The notes under the pieces were generated by a model. It did not search any database, was not told where the DNA came from, and saw only the letters and a list, made by a program, of their open reading frames with translations. The translations under genes and the position numbers were made by a program. Below, one piece after another: positions 50,980 to 61,304 of a DNA stretch of 64,000 bases. This DNA comes from an uncultured Lachnospiraceae bacterium (GTDB lineage: Bacteria; Bacillota; Clostridia; Lachnospirales; Lachnospiraceae), in assembly GCA_947178145.1 (NCBI GenBank), contig CAMWXE010000008.1, positions 19,166 to 83,165 on the forward strand, read 5' to 3'. Within the stretch, counting starts at the first letter, position 1. Each line of letters opens with the position of its first letter.

Positions 50980-51174
50980 TATTTTGCGTGGCTAGGGTAT
51001 TATATGGCAGACTGGAACTGACAGCACCTATGGAAGAGGGAAAGTATGAGATTACTGCATGGGCAGTGAATAATCCCTATGGTGAGATTGAGAAGGGAAT
51101 GCAGGATCTGCATGGTGCGCCCAGAATTACATTAAGTGCTGAGAAGTAGTATGAAATAGTAATCGGACTGAGGC

Positions 51175-51202
51175 TAAAGTGCGGCAGCACATATGTCGAT
51201 AT
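51175..51202 (+). promoter_or_regulatory. putative sigma-28 (FliA/SigD) promoter
   Basis: TAAA-N16-GTCGATAT. Confidence 0.55.
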
Positions 51203-51250
51203 TAATATTGTAAACGGATTTACAGGATCAGAAACAAGGAGGTTGAAAGT

Positions 51251-52672
51251 ATGCAGATACTATTTTATCAGACAAATCAATTCAATCATTTTAACAATCG
51301 TATTGTGAGCAGCACATACAAGACAAACGCTGCTTCCTCATCGCATGCAAGGCGCAGAATGATGGAGGTGCAGGACGAGGCGAAGGAGACAGAGTCTGTC
51401 AGAGTCACCATTTCCGGGGAGGCGATGGCGCTGGCAAGACAGGCAAAGGCGATGGAGCGGCTGGAGCAGTATGCGAACGCCAATGCGCAGGAGACGGACA
51501 CAGGAGAACTGGGTGAGGCATCCAATGAGACCGTACAGCTGACGGATGAGGAATTGTACGAAGAACTGTTGAACCAGGTGAACATATGGGGCGACAAATC
51601 CTATGCCCTGCGCCATCATTTTAACCATCAGGAAACTGCCGAGATGGCTGAGAAACGGGCGGCAGCGCTGACTGAAATGCAAAAGCTTGAGGAGATGCAG
51701 AAGTCCGAGATCAGCAGACTGCAGAGAGATGCGCAGAAGGCTGCAGAGCAGGCTTCCATGCAGCAGGAGGAAATGAATAAAAAGAGTTCCGAACTGATTA
51801 TGATGCTTGAGAGTTTCGAGGATCAGGATGAAGAAGAGGCGAAAGCAGCCGAGGGCGAGGGGAACAAAGACAACGATACCAGCTCCAGCGGAAGCCTCAT
51901 GGAGGGAGAACCCGGAGCGATGGCGGCAAAGGGGGAAATGGGCATTCTGGATACCATGAACAGCATGGATGCGTCAAGTACATTTCGGATTGAAGCCAGC
52001 GATCATTCTATTAAAGCCGTTGAGGCGGAGCGGAAAAACATATACCGTGCGAATGCAGCAGAAAATTTTGACATAAAAGAAAAGATAGAATCAATGTCAT
52101 ATTATGTCAGTACGCTTGCCAACAATGAGGATGTAAAGGCATCTTTCAAGGACAGAATCAAAAAGGAGACAGACCCAGAGGCAAAGAAAAAGCTGCAGGC
52201 CATGATGGAGTACTTCGAGCAGATGGATATGAAGAACGGATACCGTGATTTGAAGAGAGACAGGGAGTTTGCGCTTCAGGAGAGAATTACTGCGAGAGAT
52301 CTGCGAATCGCGCACCTTGGCGACCGCCATTTTGCGCTGGCAGAGCAGCAGAAAAAGGAGCTGCAGTCCCTGTTTGACGAGGACGACATCATGAGGACAC
52401 AGGGACAGGCCGGCGTCGCCAGCCGCACGGAGGAAATCGCAGAGCGTCTGCAGGATAAGCTGGACGAGCGCGACCATATCGATGAGGATTCCGCACCAGA
52501 GGAAGAGATCCGCGGGAAAGAGGAGCAGGAAGAGGAGAAAAAGAGCGAAGAGACAGAAAATACTTTATCAGAAAAAGAGCAGCCAGACGAAGCAAATATA
52601 TGGAGCAATTCCATTCAGGGGCTGATCATGGATGGAAGGCGTTTTGCAGAGATGAAAGGGCCGCTGGCATAA
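51251..52672 (+). CDS. acidic coiled-coil hypothetical protein
   Basis: AGGAGG RBS; E/K/Q-rich; VTISGEA motif. Confidence 0.75.
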   Translation: MQILFYQTNQFNHFNNRIVSSTYKTNAASSSHARRRMMEVQDEAKETESVRVTISGEAMALARQAKAMERLEQYANANAQETDTGELGEASNETVQLTDEELYEELLNQVNIWGDKSYALRHHFNHQETAEMAEKRAAALTEMQKLEEMQKSEISRLQRDAQKAAEQASMQQEEMNKKSSELIMMLESFEDQDEEEAKAAEGEGNKDNDTSSSGSLMEGEPGAMAAKGEMGILDTMNSMDASSTFRIEASDHSIKAVEAERKNIYRANAAENFDIKEKIESMSYYVSTLANNEDVKASFKDRIKKETDPEAKKKLQAMMEYFEQMDMKNGYRDLKRDREFALQERITARDLRIAHLGDRHFALAEQQKKELQSLFDEDDIMRTQGQAGVASRTEEIAERLQDKLDERDHIDEDSAPEEEIRGKEEQEEEKKSEETENTLSEKEQPDEANIWSNSIQGLIMDGRRFAEMKGPLA

Positions 52673-52684
52673 ATGGCATAATAG

Positions 52685-52709
52685 AATCCCCTGACCACAT
52701 CAGGGGATT
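52685..52709. terminator. hairpin terminator between convergent genes
   Basis: AATCCCCTGA...TCAGGGGATT. Confidence 0.7.
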
Positions 52710-52712
52710 TCA

Positions 52713-53285
52713 TTAATTTATGAGAGCCTTTTCAATGTTGCACTGATGCTGGTTGGTTTTCTTGTCATAGCTGATCCCTGCTAACAGGATGTCTCCGCTA
52801 TATTCCATAAGTTTTCCGGCGTATTTTCTGGACTTGATCTGATCAATGGCGCTCTCGGCAGAGTGGTTGTATTTCAGCTCGACGAGCAGAGCCGGGCTGT
52901 CCGTGTGCTGTCTTGGCAAAAAGGCGATATCTGCAAAACCTTCGCCTGCCGGCAGCTCCCGGATGAGCATATAATCCTTCATCGCACTGTAGTACGCAAG
53001 TGTGATAACGCAGCTCAGGGAGTTTTTGGTATTTTCCATGTGTACCCTGCTGACTGCGTCTGCGACTTTTTCCGCTTCCCCTTTCAGGGTAGCGCGCAGA
53101 AGCTTTTCGGAGGCCGCGATCGCATTAACCACTGTATTCCATTCACTTCCCTCAACCGCATTGACAAACTCGCTGCGCACCTCCTCGTTCGGGATATAGA
53201 CTTCGCGCCGATCATGGTCGAAAGCGAGATAGCCGAGATGGATTAACAGGGCAAAGACATCGTCCCTGCTCTTGAATGTCACCAT
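52713..53285 (-). pseudogene. C-terminal remnant of an AAA-ATPase-like/PD-(D/E)XK nuclease gene
   Basis: LLIHLGYL, IPNEEVR, RELPAGEGFADI, LLVELK, AIDQI; the N-terminal ATPase part is absent. Confidence 0.75.
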
Positions 53286-53502
53286 GTCATTCTGGAATTT
53301 GTCGGGATAATCATAAAATGTGCAATCGTATAATTGTAAGGCGAATGTAAGGATTTTTTCCAGAAAATATCTTACAATGGGATTAAATCAAAGCCAGCAT
53401 GATTTGTTCGTTCCGGCTGCTCTATGAGAGCCTGTTATACCGCCGCCGGAGGAATACAGCTGGCTCTGTACAATAATCACATGAGGAGGTTCAGGACAGA
53501 AA

Positions 53503-54258
53503 ATGAACGACAACAAAGTAGTAGAAATCAAAAACCTGATCAAGACCTACGGCGCAAAAGATTTTCAGACAACCGTGCTCAAGGGAATCGATCTGACCAT
53601 TTACAAGGATGATTTTATCGCGATCATGGGCCCGTCAGGTTCAGGCAAGACGACACTCTTAAATATTTTATCCACAATCGACAAGCCCACACAGGGCATG
53701 GTCATGCTCGATGGACATGATGTGACGCACATCTCAAATAAGGAACTGGCAAAGCTCCGAAAGGACAAAATCGGCTTTGTCTTTCAGGACTACAATCTGC
53801 TGGACACCATGACACTGCAGGACAATATCGCGCTGCCGCTGGCACTCGACGGGGCGCCGGCAAAGCAGATTCTGGAGAAGACAAAGGAACTTGCAGCGGC
53901 CTTTGGCCTGGAAGCGCAGCTTCGCAAATATCCTTATCAGCTGTCCGGCGGACAGAAGCAGAGAGGGGCAGTGTGCAGGGCGCTGATCACCAGGCCGGAG
54001 ATTATCTTTGCCGACGAGCCGACAGGAGCGCTGGACTCCAAGGCGGGAAAGGACTTGCTGCACTGTCTGCGCAGGGTCAATGAGAGCGGACAGGCGACGA
54101 TCCTGATGGTGACACATGACCCGTATTGCGCTTCGTATGCGAAGGACGTCTGTCTGCTGAGCGATGGTGTGATGCGATGCCGTATCAGCAGGGGGAACGA
54201 CAGAAAGGAATTTTACAACAGAATTATCGACCTGCAGACATCGATTGAAGGCGATTAG
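53503..54258 (+). CDS. ABC transporter ATP-binding protein (BceA-like)
   Basis: GPSGSGKTT, LSGGQKQR, FADEPTGALDS, MVTHD. Confidence 0.95.
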   Translation: MNDNKVVEIKNLIKTYGAKDFQTTVLKGIDLTIYKDDFIAIMGPSGSGKTTLLNILSTIDKPTQGMVMLDGHDVTHISNKELAKLRKDKIGFVFQDYNLLDTMTLQDNIALPLALDGAPAKQILEKTKELAAAFGLEAQLRKYPYQLSGGQKQRGAVCRALITRPEIIFADEPTGALDSKAGKDLLHCLRRVNESGQATILMVTHDPYCASYAKDVCLLSDGVMRCRISRGNDRKEFYNRIIDLQTSIEGD

Positions 54259-54274
54259 AGTGAGGAGGTTATCT

Positions 54275-56149
54275 ATGAGAATGTTTCGTCTCGCGTTTGT
54301 GAACTTTAGAAATAGTTTCCGAAGCTATCTGTCACTGGTGCTCTCCCTGGCATTTACGATTCTGGTTCTGTTTAATTTTCAGAATGTCATCTATTCGGAA
54401 TCGTTTGCAATATTGGGGGCACATAACAAGCAGTATATCGATATGCTGATTCAGACAGTGTCCGTCGTGCTCGGTTGTTTTATGTTCTTTTTCCTGTGGT
54501 ATGCGGCCAATGTGTTTTTGACAAGGCGCAAAAGGGAAATCGGCATCTATATTTTTATGGGAATGTCAAACCGGAAAATCGGCTGTCTCTATGTGATTGA
54601 GATTAGCTTTGTGGGAATCACTGCGCTTGTGATGGGAGTCGGATTCGGTGCGCTTCTGGGAGGGCTGTTTCAGCTCATTATGGGCGCAGTATCCGACATC
54701 GCAGTTGATGTCAGATTTGGATTTTCGTGGGAGGCAGCAAAAGTGACAGGAATGTCATTCTTGCTCATGTACCTTTTCTTTGCCTTAAAAGGATACTGGA
54801 ACATCATACACAGCAGTGTGCTCAATATGATTTCGGCAGCAAGGCAGAACGAGTATGTGCGCATTCCAAAGACTGTTTTGGCTGCAAAGGCAGTGCTGGG
54901 GGTGATTGTGCTTGCATCGGGATATTATCTGGCCAATCAGGGCGGCAAACAGGATCAGCTGGCAAATGCCCTGTTGGCGGTGGTGCTTGTCATCGTCGGT
55001 GTGTACCTGTTGTTCGGCGGGCTGATACCCCTTATTTTTCAGACGCTTTCCGCAAAGAAAAGCTTTCTGTACAGCGGACAGAGGTGTCTGTGGATGAATC
55101 AGATGATTTTCCGCATGCGGAAGAATTACCGCACATACGCGATGGTCTGCGTTGTGGGAATCTGTTCGATCACGGCGCTTGCAACCGGCTTTGCGATGAA
55201 GGAGCGCTATCACAATATGATACTTTTTGACAACCAGTATACGTTTCAGCTGCTCACAAACCAGAGTGGCCTGGAGGATAAGGCTGCTGCGCTGATTGGC
55301 GGGGCCGGAGACATCGCCTTTCAGACATCGCTTACAGCGTTAAGCCCGGACGCCGGGCATCTTGTGGTGAAGTATTCGGATGTGAAGCGCATTGCGCAGG
55401 AGAGGGGCGCGGTGTTTGATATAGCGGAACCAGCAGACGATGAGACTTATTGTCTGTCGCATCAGATGCTGATGTCGTTCCGCGTGAATCAGAAGCCTGC
55501 GCCGGTGACACTTGGCGATAAGGATTATCTGGAGACACAGATTTTAAGAGACGCATATATTGGCTATATGCAGAAGGCGATGGGATGTTTTTACATTGTC
55601 TCGGACAGTGAGTATGAGCGCATGAAAGGACAGAGTACAACGCTGTATATCCACAATTTTAAGCTTGCGGATGACACGGCTTTTGAGGCGGCGCGCGCTG
55701 CGGTGGATGTCCTGATCAGCAACACGGAAGAAAACTTTACGGCGCGTGTGGCAGTCGACCCGTTTGACAATGAGCTTGACTGGGTAAAAGTACTCCACTC
55801 GCTCTGTATCTTTATGTTTCTGGTATTTATCGTCGCGTGCGGCTGCATCATGTTCATGAAGATCTACAATGACTCGTTCGAGGAAAGAGAGCGGTATCTC
55901 GTCCTGAAAAAGCTGGGATTCCCGGCGGGGACACTCGCCGCATCCATCGCGCATGAGCTGCTGAGCGCCTACATGCTGCCTTTTGTGGTCATGGTAGTAT
56001 CTGCGTACTTTTCTGTGCATGCGCTCGGCAGGATGATGTATACCAGCCTGTTTTCCATCTATCTGGTGAGCACACTAACAGTGCTTGCGGTGTTTGTATT
56101 CTGTTATGTGCTTTCTGTTGTTGTGTACCAGAGAAATGTGTCGGTGTAA
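54275..56149 (+). CDS. FtsX-like ABC permease (BceB-like)
   Basis: RRKREIGIYIFMGM, ~10 TMs, RYLVLKKLG. Confidence 0.9.
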   Translation: MRMFRLAFVNFRNSFRSYLSLVLSLAFTILVLFNFQNVIYSESFAILGAHNKQYIDMLIQTVSVVLGCFMFFFLWYAANVFLTRRKREIGIYIFMGMSNRKIGCLYVIEISFVGITALVMGVGFGALLGGLFQLIMGAVSDIAVDVRFGFSWEAAKVTGMSFLLMYLFFALKGYWNIIHSSVLNMISAARQNEYVRIPKTVLAAKAVLGVIVLASGYYLANQGGKQDQLANALLAVVLVIVGVYLLFGGLIPLIFQTLSAKKSFLYSGQRCLWMNQMIFRMRKNYRTYAMVCVVGICSITALATGFAMKERYHNMILFDNQYTFQLLTNQSGLEDKAAALIGGAGDIAFQTSLTALSPDAGHLVVKYSDVKRIAQERGAVFDIAEPADDETYCLSHQMLMSFRVNQKPAPVTLGDKDYLETQILRDAYIGYMQKAMGCFYIVSDSEYERMKGQSTTLYIHNFKLADDTAFEAARAAVDVLISNTEENFTARVAVDPFDNELDWVKVLHSLCIFMFLVFIVACGCIMFMKIYNDSFEERERYLVLKKLGFPAGTLAASIAHELLSAYMLPFVVMVVSAYFSVHALGRMMYTSLFSIYLVSTLTVLAVFVFCYVLSVVVYQRNVSV

Positions 56150-56170
56150 GCTCTCGATCTATAAAAGAAA

Positions 56171-56202
56171 AGGCGAATCCATAACGACGGATTCGCTTTT
56201 TT
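56171..56202 (+). terminator. intrinsic terminator
   Basis: GCGAATCC...GGATTCGC plus T run. Confidence 0.8.
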
Positions 56203-56276
56203 TAATATTTGAGTGCTTTATACCTGTGGTAAGCTTCATTATTTTGTGCTATAATAATTGAAACTGGAACAATTGA

Positions 56277-57605
56277 TTGAAAGTGAGGTCCGGCAGCACG
56301 GGGGAGAAGAAAGGTCAGGCGTATGAAATGATGTTACCACAGAGGAAAATACAGCGGCGGCAGCCATGCAGACAGAAAGCGAAGCTGATAGCCGTGCTCT
56401 GCACAGTGGCGCTGCTCGCGCCGTGTCTGTCCGCAGCAGCTACAGAAACGGGTACGATACAGAATAATACCGCAGAAGCAGACGCAATGCAGGCGGTCAG
56501 GGAGACAGATAATATTCGTGCGCAGTACGAGGAGTACAATGCACGCTTTGCAGCAGTCGAACACAGGAATGATATCACAGAAAAAGGTTTTGAGATAGTG
56601 GACATCCACATTTTCCCGGTTCAGTACGAGATTGACAGACAGAAAGAGATGGAGACGGAACTGGTAAGACAGATGAAAGCGGAACCAGAAGCCGATGTGA
56701 AAGACCTGAAAATGAATATGGAAGCGCCGATGCTGATGATTCCCGCATATGACAAAACGTATCATCGCCTTGCTCTTTTTTTTGTCGATCAGGAGGACAG
56801 GATTGTGTATAAGACAGACCGCTTTGAGACCAACAGCTGTGTGCTCGGACAGATGCAGCAGCCCATGCAGGATCTGGTCTCTGTGGCCTTTCAGGATTTG
56901 AATGGCGACTCGCTGACAGATATTCTGCTGATCACTTCCTGCGACGTAGGCGAGGGTAAGAAATACCGGATAGGAGATGTTCTTTTTCAGGACACGGAGG
57001 GACTGATTTTTTATAGAGATTATCGTATTTCGGACAAGATTAACCGCTTTGGCATGAATCAGAACACGGATTCTATCACTGCATTTGTGAGAGATGGCTA
57101 TTCTACCGAGTTTCTATACACAGCTGTTACGCTGAGTGAACTGCTGCAGCACAATTTCCAGATTATCACAGAGCAGTGCCACACGAGGACTTTTGGCAAG
57201 CTGGGAAAGCTTCAGGTCGTGCCGGGGACTTATCGCATTGCGGATTATGATGTGTTTATGGTCTACCTTGTCAACGAACAGGACTATATCTTATCGGCAC
57301 TTCAGCCCATGGGCGATTACGATAACCTGTATGCGCTGAAGGGTATCAACTGCCGGGATATTGACGGTGACGGACTAAAGGATATCATCGTGCTGGCGCG
57401 GTACAGCTATGAGGATGAGGAGCACAAGCTGGCGGTTGTGAGCGATTACAGCATCTATTATCAGAGAACTGGCGGTTTTTCGGTGGATACAGAGATAAAA
57501 AAGCAGTATCCGTGCAGCGAGGAAGATACGATGCAGAGTGTTGTGGAGAAAGCGAGAGCTTATTGGGGGTGGAAAACAGAAGATGATACGGATATTGATC
57601 GTTGA
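56277..57605 (+). CDS. secreted protein with FG-GAP/VCBS-like repeats (start uncertain)
   Basis: DLNGDSLTDI and DIDGDGLKDI; signal-like N-terminus. Confidence 0.7.
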   Translation: MKVRSGSTGEKKGQAYEMMLPQRKIQRRQPCRQKAKLIAVLCTVALLAPCLSAAATETGTIQNNTAEADAMQAVRETDNIRAQYEEYNARFAAVEHRNDITEKGFEIVDIHIFPVQYEIDRQKEMETELVRQMKAEPEADVKDLKMNMEAPMLMIPAYDKTYHRLALFFVDQEDRIVYKTDRFETNSCVLGQMQQPMQDLVSVAFQDLNGDSLTDILLITSCDVGEGKKYRIGDVLFQDTEGLIFYRDYRISDKINRFGMNQNTDSITAFVRDGYSTEFLYTAVTLSELLQHNFQIITEQCHTRTFGKLGKLQVVPGTYRIADYDVFMVYLVNEQDYILSALQPMGDYDNLYALKGINCRDIDGDGLKDIIVLARYSYEDEEHKLAVVSDYSIYYQRTGGFSVDTEIKKQYPCSEEDTMQSVVEKARAYWGWKTEDDTDIDR

Positions 57606-58242
57606 TGATGAAAAATCAATTTGTGATTTGATAGACTTAAACTTATCCTCAGCAGGATATCACTGCACGACAGTGCAGGATGGCCTTGAGGCAATTGACT
57701 TGATAGAGAAGGATACGTTTGACTTGGTTTTGCTTGATATCATGCTGCCCGGTGCGGACGGCTATGATGTCATGGAGTATATACGTCCGCTTGGGATTCC
57801 AGTGATCTTTATCACGGCAAAATACGAGGTCAAAAACAGGGTGAAAGGTTTGAAACTCGGTGCGGACGATTACCTTGTCAAGCCTTTTGACGTGGTGGAG
57901 CTGGTTGCACGCGTGGAGGCGGTTTTAAGGCGGTACAACAAGGCAGATCAGAGACTCACAGCGGGGGATGTGACTGTTGATGTGGAGGCGCACCGCGTGA
58001 TGAAGGGAAACAGACCAGTTGAGCTGACCAACAAGGAATTTGGGTTGTTGGTGCTCTTTATGAAGAATAAGAATGTAGCGCTGTTTCGCGAGACCTTGTA
58101 TGAAAAGGTGTGGGAGGGGGAGTATTTTGCGGACAGCCGCACATTGGATTTGCACGTTCAGCGCCTTAGAAAGAAGCTTGGCTGGGAGCACAGTCTGGTG
58201 GCAGTTTACAAAGTGGGCTACCGCCTGGAGGTATTGGATTAA
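57583..58242 (+). CDS. OmpR-family response regulator
   Basis: ILIVDDE, LLDIMLP, GADDYLVKPF, RTLDLHVQRLRKK. Confidence 0.95.
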   Translation: MIRILIVDDEKSICDLIDLNLSSAGYHCTTVQDGLEAIDLIEKDTFDLVLLDIMLPGADGYDVMEYIRPLGIPVIFITAKYEVKNRVKGLKLGADDYLVKPFDVVELVARVEAVLRRYNKADQRLTAGDVTVDVEAHRVMKGNRPVELTNKEFGLLVLFMKNKNVALFRETLYEKVWEGEYFADSRTLDLHVQRLRKKLGWEHSLVAVYKVGYRLEVLD

Positions 58243-58245
58243 ACA

Positions 58246-59649
58246 ATGAAAATTTCACTGAAATTACTTTTATCGACCATCGTTGTCATGGCATTGGCGC
58301 TTGGTTTCAGCGGATTTTATTTCGTAAATTATGTGTTTGAGACTTCTCTTGCGCGGGAAGTGGGACAGGCCGCGGACGAGAGCAATATTCTGAGCTTTGC
58401 CTTTGAGACAGCAGCATTGACTGTGCCAGCCCGCTACAGCGTGCTTCCCGACAATACAGTAGAAGAAATTGCCTCAAATCTCGAGCGGAGCGGGCGCAGC
58501 ACCAATCGCCTGATTCGGATTTCTGATGAGCAGAAGGAAGTGCTGCACACAAGTGATGGTTTTGACGCGGACGAGCAGCTTCTGCAGCAGACCTGGACAG
58601 ATATCAAGACATATCGTATCATCGAGACATCGAATGGCTACTATATTCACACCTGTGCGTCAATCAATTCCCTTGGAAGAATTCTGTATCTGGAAACAAT
58701 GAAAGATATCTCTGATGTGTTCACAGAGCGTGCGATGGGATTTTCCCTGTACCGAAAGGTGACGCTTGTCATGCTCTTGATCGGCACAGGGATCATGCAT
58801 CTGATTGCCTCTCTTTTGACCAAGCCGATTCGGCTGCTCACCAGGGCTACAAGAAGGATGGCAGAAGGGGATTATGCATATCGTGCAAGACAGGTGAGCA
58901 ATGACGAGCTGGGGCAGTTGACACGCGACTTTAATCACATGGCGAATGCACTGGAAGAAAACATCGAGAAACTTGAGGAGGAGAACGAGGCGAAGGAGGA
59001 GTTTATGGGGGCCTTTGCCCATGAGCTCAAGACACCGCTCACTGCGATTATCGGCTATGCGGATATGCTGCGCACACACAAGCTGGATGAGGAAAAAAGT
59101 TTTCTCTCAGCCAATTACATCTATACAGAGGGAAAGCGTCTCGAGGCGATGTCCTTTCGTCTGCTGGATATTATTGTGGCAAAGAAAGATGAGGCAGAGC
59201 TAAGTCAAATCGCTGTTGCGGAGATTTTCGAATATCTGCGGGAGATGTTTGCGGAAGAAAAACGGGACATGAAGTTTGTGTTTCGCTATGATGACGGCAC
59301 GGTATGGGCAGAGGTCAATCTGATTAAGACAGTACTTGTCAACCTGATTGACAACGCCTGCAAGGCGTCGGAGGCAGGGAGCACTGTCACAGTCAGGGGG
59401 AGAAAGCTTGATGCGGGGTATCGTTTTGAGGTGGAGGACGAGGGAATCGGCATTCCCGTCGAGGAGCAGCGCAAGATCACAAAGGCATTCTACATGGTGG
59501 ATAAATCCCGTTCAAGAAGCAAAAATGGTGCCGGACTAGGGCTTGCGCTGTGCGAGGAAATCCTGAAAATTCATCACAGTGAGCTGACGATTCAGAGCGA
59601 ACAGGGAAAGGGCTCCTGTATCGGATTCACATTGGAGGGTAATACATGA
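58246..59649 (+). CDS. HAMP-domain sensor histidine kinase
   Basis: DELGQL..FNHM, FAHELKTPL, NLIDNACK, GAGLGL. Confidence 0.95.
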   Translation: MKISLKLLLSTIVVMALALGFSGFYFVNYVFETSLAREVGQAADESNILSFAFETAALTVPARYSVLPDNTVEEIASNLERSGRSTNRLIRISDEQKEVLHTSDGFDADEQLLQQTWTDIKTYRIIETSNGYYIHTCASINSLGRILYLETMKDISDVFTERAMGFSLYRKVTLVMLLIGTGIMHLIASLLTKPIRLLTRATRRMAEGDYAYRARQVSNDELGQLTRDFNHMANALEENIEKLEEENEAKEEFMGAFAHELKTPLTAIIGYADMLRTHKLDEEKSFLSANYIYTEGKRLEAMSFRLLDIIVAKKDEAELSQIAVAEIFEYLREMFAEEKRDMKFVFRYDDGTVWAEVNLIKTVLVNLIDNACKASEAGSTVTVRGRKLDAGYRFEVEDEGIGIPVEEQRKITKAFYMVDKSRSRSKNGAGLGLALCEEILKIHHSELTIQSEQGKGSCIGFTLEGNT

Positions 59650-60476
59650 GAAAGACAGCGCGATATTTTGCGGTTTTCCTGTCAGTAGTGCTTGTGATCG
59701 CAGTCTCTGTATGGGGACCGGAAGTGCTCGCAAAGTACAAGGATAAGAAAATACTGAACGAACCGCACATTGAGCTGGTAGCGGAGGCAGGAGAGGGCTA
59801 CCGCTATCAGATGAACGCAAATGAAAAGCTTTATATCCTGTCGAGATGTCTTGGAAGTCAGGCTCTTTCGGAGAGTGAGCAGAATGCAATGACTTTTTAT
59901 GCCGGAAATGCGGGCCTGGGCTATGAGGATTTGGAGGGATCTTATGCATTTGTGCGCAAGTATAATGGACCGTCAGGCAAGGAAATAACAGACGAACAGA
60001 TCTATGCGGCCTGCAATGAGGGCCTGGCGATGTTAAAGGCGATGAAAATTTTGCCGGAGGAAGTCAGGGACGTGAGCGCGGCCTCCTACAACGCGACGCT
60101 GTATTCTGCGATTGATGTGTTAGAGCCGCGCAACAACGTAGCCGTCTGGAAGGTGGAGCTGTCAAACAGCCAGAAAAATGCAGATAAGGTAAACAGGCTG
60201 ATCGATGTCTACATTGATGCAGACGACGGCAAAATTTATGAATTTTATGCCAGAACTTCACTCCTGTGGAGAGATATTGATACAGATGCCATCATCGAGG
60301 CGTGGGGAAATTATATGGAATTGAGCGCTCCGACAGCGTATGAGTCAGACAATCCTCTGCTGGAGACGACACCGTATTTCAAGAAATACGTTTTCCCGGG
60401 CATGGGTGAGGACAGGACAATCGTAACTGTCGGATATTATGAAGGAATTAACGAAATATTTTTAAAAATCTCCTAG
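59646..60476 (+). CDS. hypothetical exported protein
   Basis: N-terminal TM; ATGA-coupled to the kinase. Confidence 0.75.
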   Translation: MRKTARYFAVFLSVVLVIAVSVWGPEVLAKYKDKKILNEPHIELVAEAGEGYRYQMNANEKLYILSRCLGSQALSESEQNAMTFYAGNAGLGYEDLEGSYAFVRKYNGPSGKEITDEQIYAACNEGLAMLKAMKILPEEVRDVSAASYNATLYSAIDVLEPRNNVAVWKVELSNSQKNADKVNRLIDVYIDADDGKIYEFYARTSLLWRDIDTDAIIEAWGNYMELSAPTAYESDNPLLETTPYFKKYVFPGMGEDRTIVTVGYYEGINEIFLKIS

Positions 60477-60637
60477 AGCGTGTTTGAAAAATGCTTTCTG
60501 CCAGATGTGCGTCACAGTTTGTGGGAGATTTGTGCCAAATGAAGGAGGCATAGCGGGCTATGTTGACTGAATTTGGCGCAAATATCTCGCAAAGTGGGGC
60601 GTGCAGGTGGTAGGAATGATTTTTCAAACACGCTCTA
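60474..60637. mobile_element. MITE-like palindromic element (164 bp)
   Basis: Perfect 19-bp TIR TAGAGCGTGTTTGAAAAAT / ATTTTTCAAACACGCTCTA; nested stems; central CATAGCGGGCTATG. Confidence 0.85.
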
Positions 60638-60646
60638 AGAATATGA

Positions 60647-60677
60647 AAAACAGTTCAGTGGTTAGCTGAACTGTTTT
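60647..60677. terminator. bidirectional terminator
   Basis: AAAACAGTTCAG...CTGAACTGTTTT between convergent genes. Confidence 0.8.
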
Positions 60678-60686
60678 GGTGAAAGT

Positions 60687-61304
60687 TTATAATTTGTTGT
60701 CAAACAGTTTCTTGTCAAATTCCGGGTTGAAATAATAAAAATTCTTCGAATCCAGCTTTTCCTTCGTCATCTCAATCGCCTCGCCAAAGCGGTTGAAATG
60801 GACAATCTCACGTGCCCGGAGGAATTTTAATGGCGCCCTGACATCGGGGTCATCAATGACGCGCAGAAGATTTTCGTAGACAGTGCGCGCTTTCTGTTCG
60901 GCGGCAAGATCTTCGTATAAGTCTGCAAACGCATCCCCCTTTGACTGGAATTCCAGCGATGTGAAGGGAACACCCGCCGCTGCCTGCGGCCACAATCCTG
61001 CCGTGTGGTCGATATAGTATGCGTCAAATCCAGCAGTTTTTGCCTGCTCTGGTGTCAGATTTCTGGTCAGCTGGTAAACAATGGCACAGATAATTTCCAT
61101 ATGGTTGATTTCTTCTGTACCAATATCAGTCAGGAGGCCGCCAACCTTTTTGACAGGCATTGAGTAGCGCTGCGCCAGATAACGCATAGAAGCGCTGAGC
61201 TCTCCGTCCGGTCCGCCGTACTGACTGATAATCAGCTGTGCCGTCTTCGGACAGGTTTTTTTGATCTTTACAGGATATTGCAATCGTTTTTCATAAGCCC
61301 ACAT
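60687..61304 (-). CDS. cotJC: spore coat protein CotJC (Mn catalase family)
   Basis: MWAYEKRLQYPV, QYGGPDGEL, DIGTEE..H, AAEQKAR, REIVH. Confidence 0.93.
   Translation of the reverse strand: MWAYEKRLQYPVKIKKTCPKTAQLIISQYGGPDGELSASMRYLAQRYSMPVKKVGGLLTDIGTEEINHMEIICAIVYQLTRNLTPEQAKTAGFDAYYIDHTAGLWPQAAAGVPFTSLEFQSKGDAFADLYEDLAAEQKARTVYENLLRVIDDPDVRAPLKFLRAREIVHFNRFGEAIEMTKEKLDSKNFYYFNPEFDKKLFDNKL

Noticed and set aside
50946-51149. 67-aa ORF after the Bce-like kinase
   Set aside because: No recognisable family; at most a gene fragment
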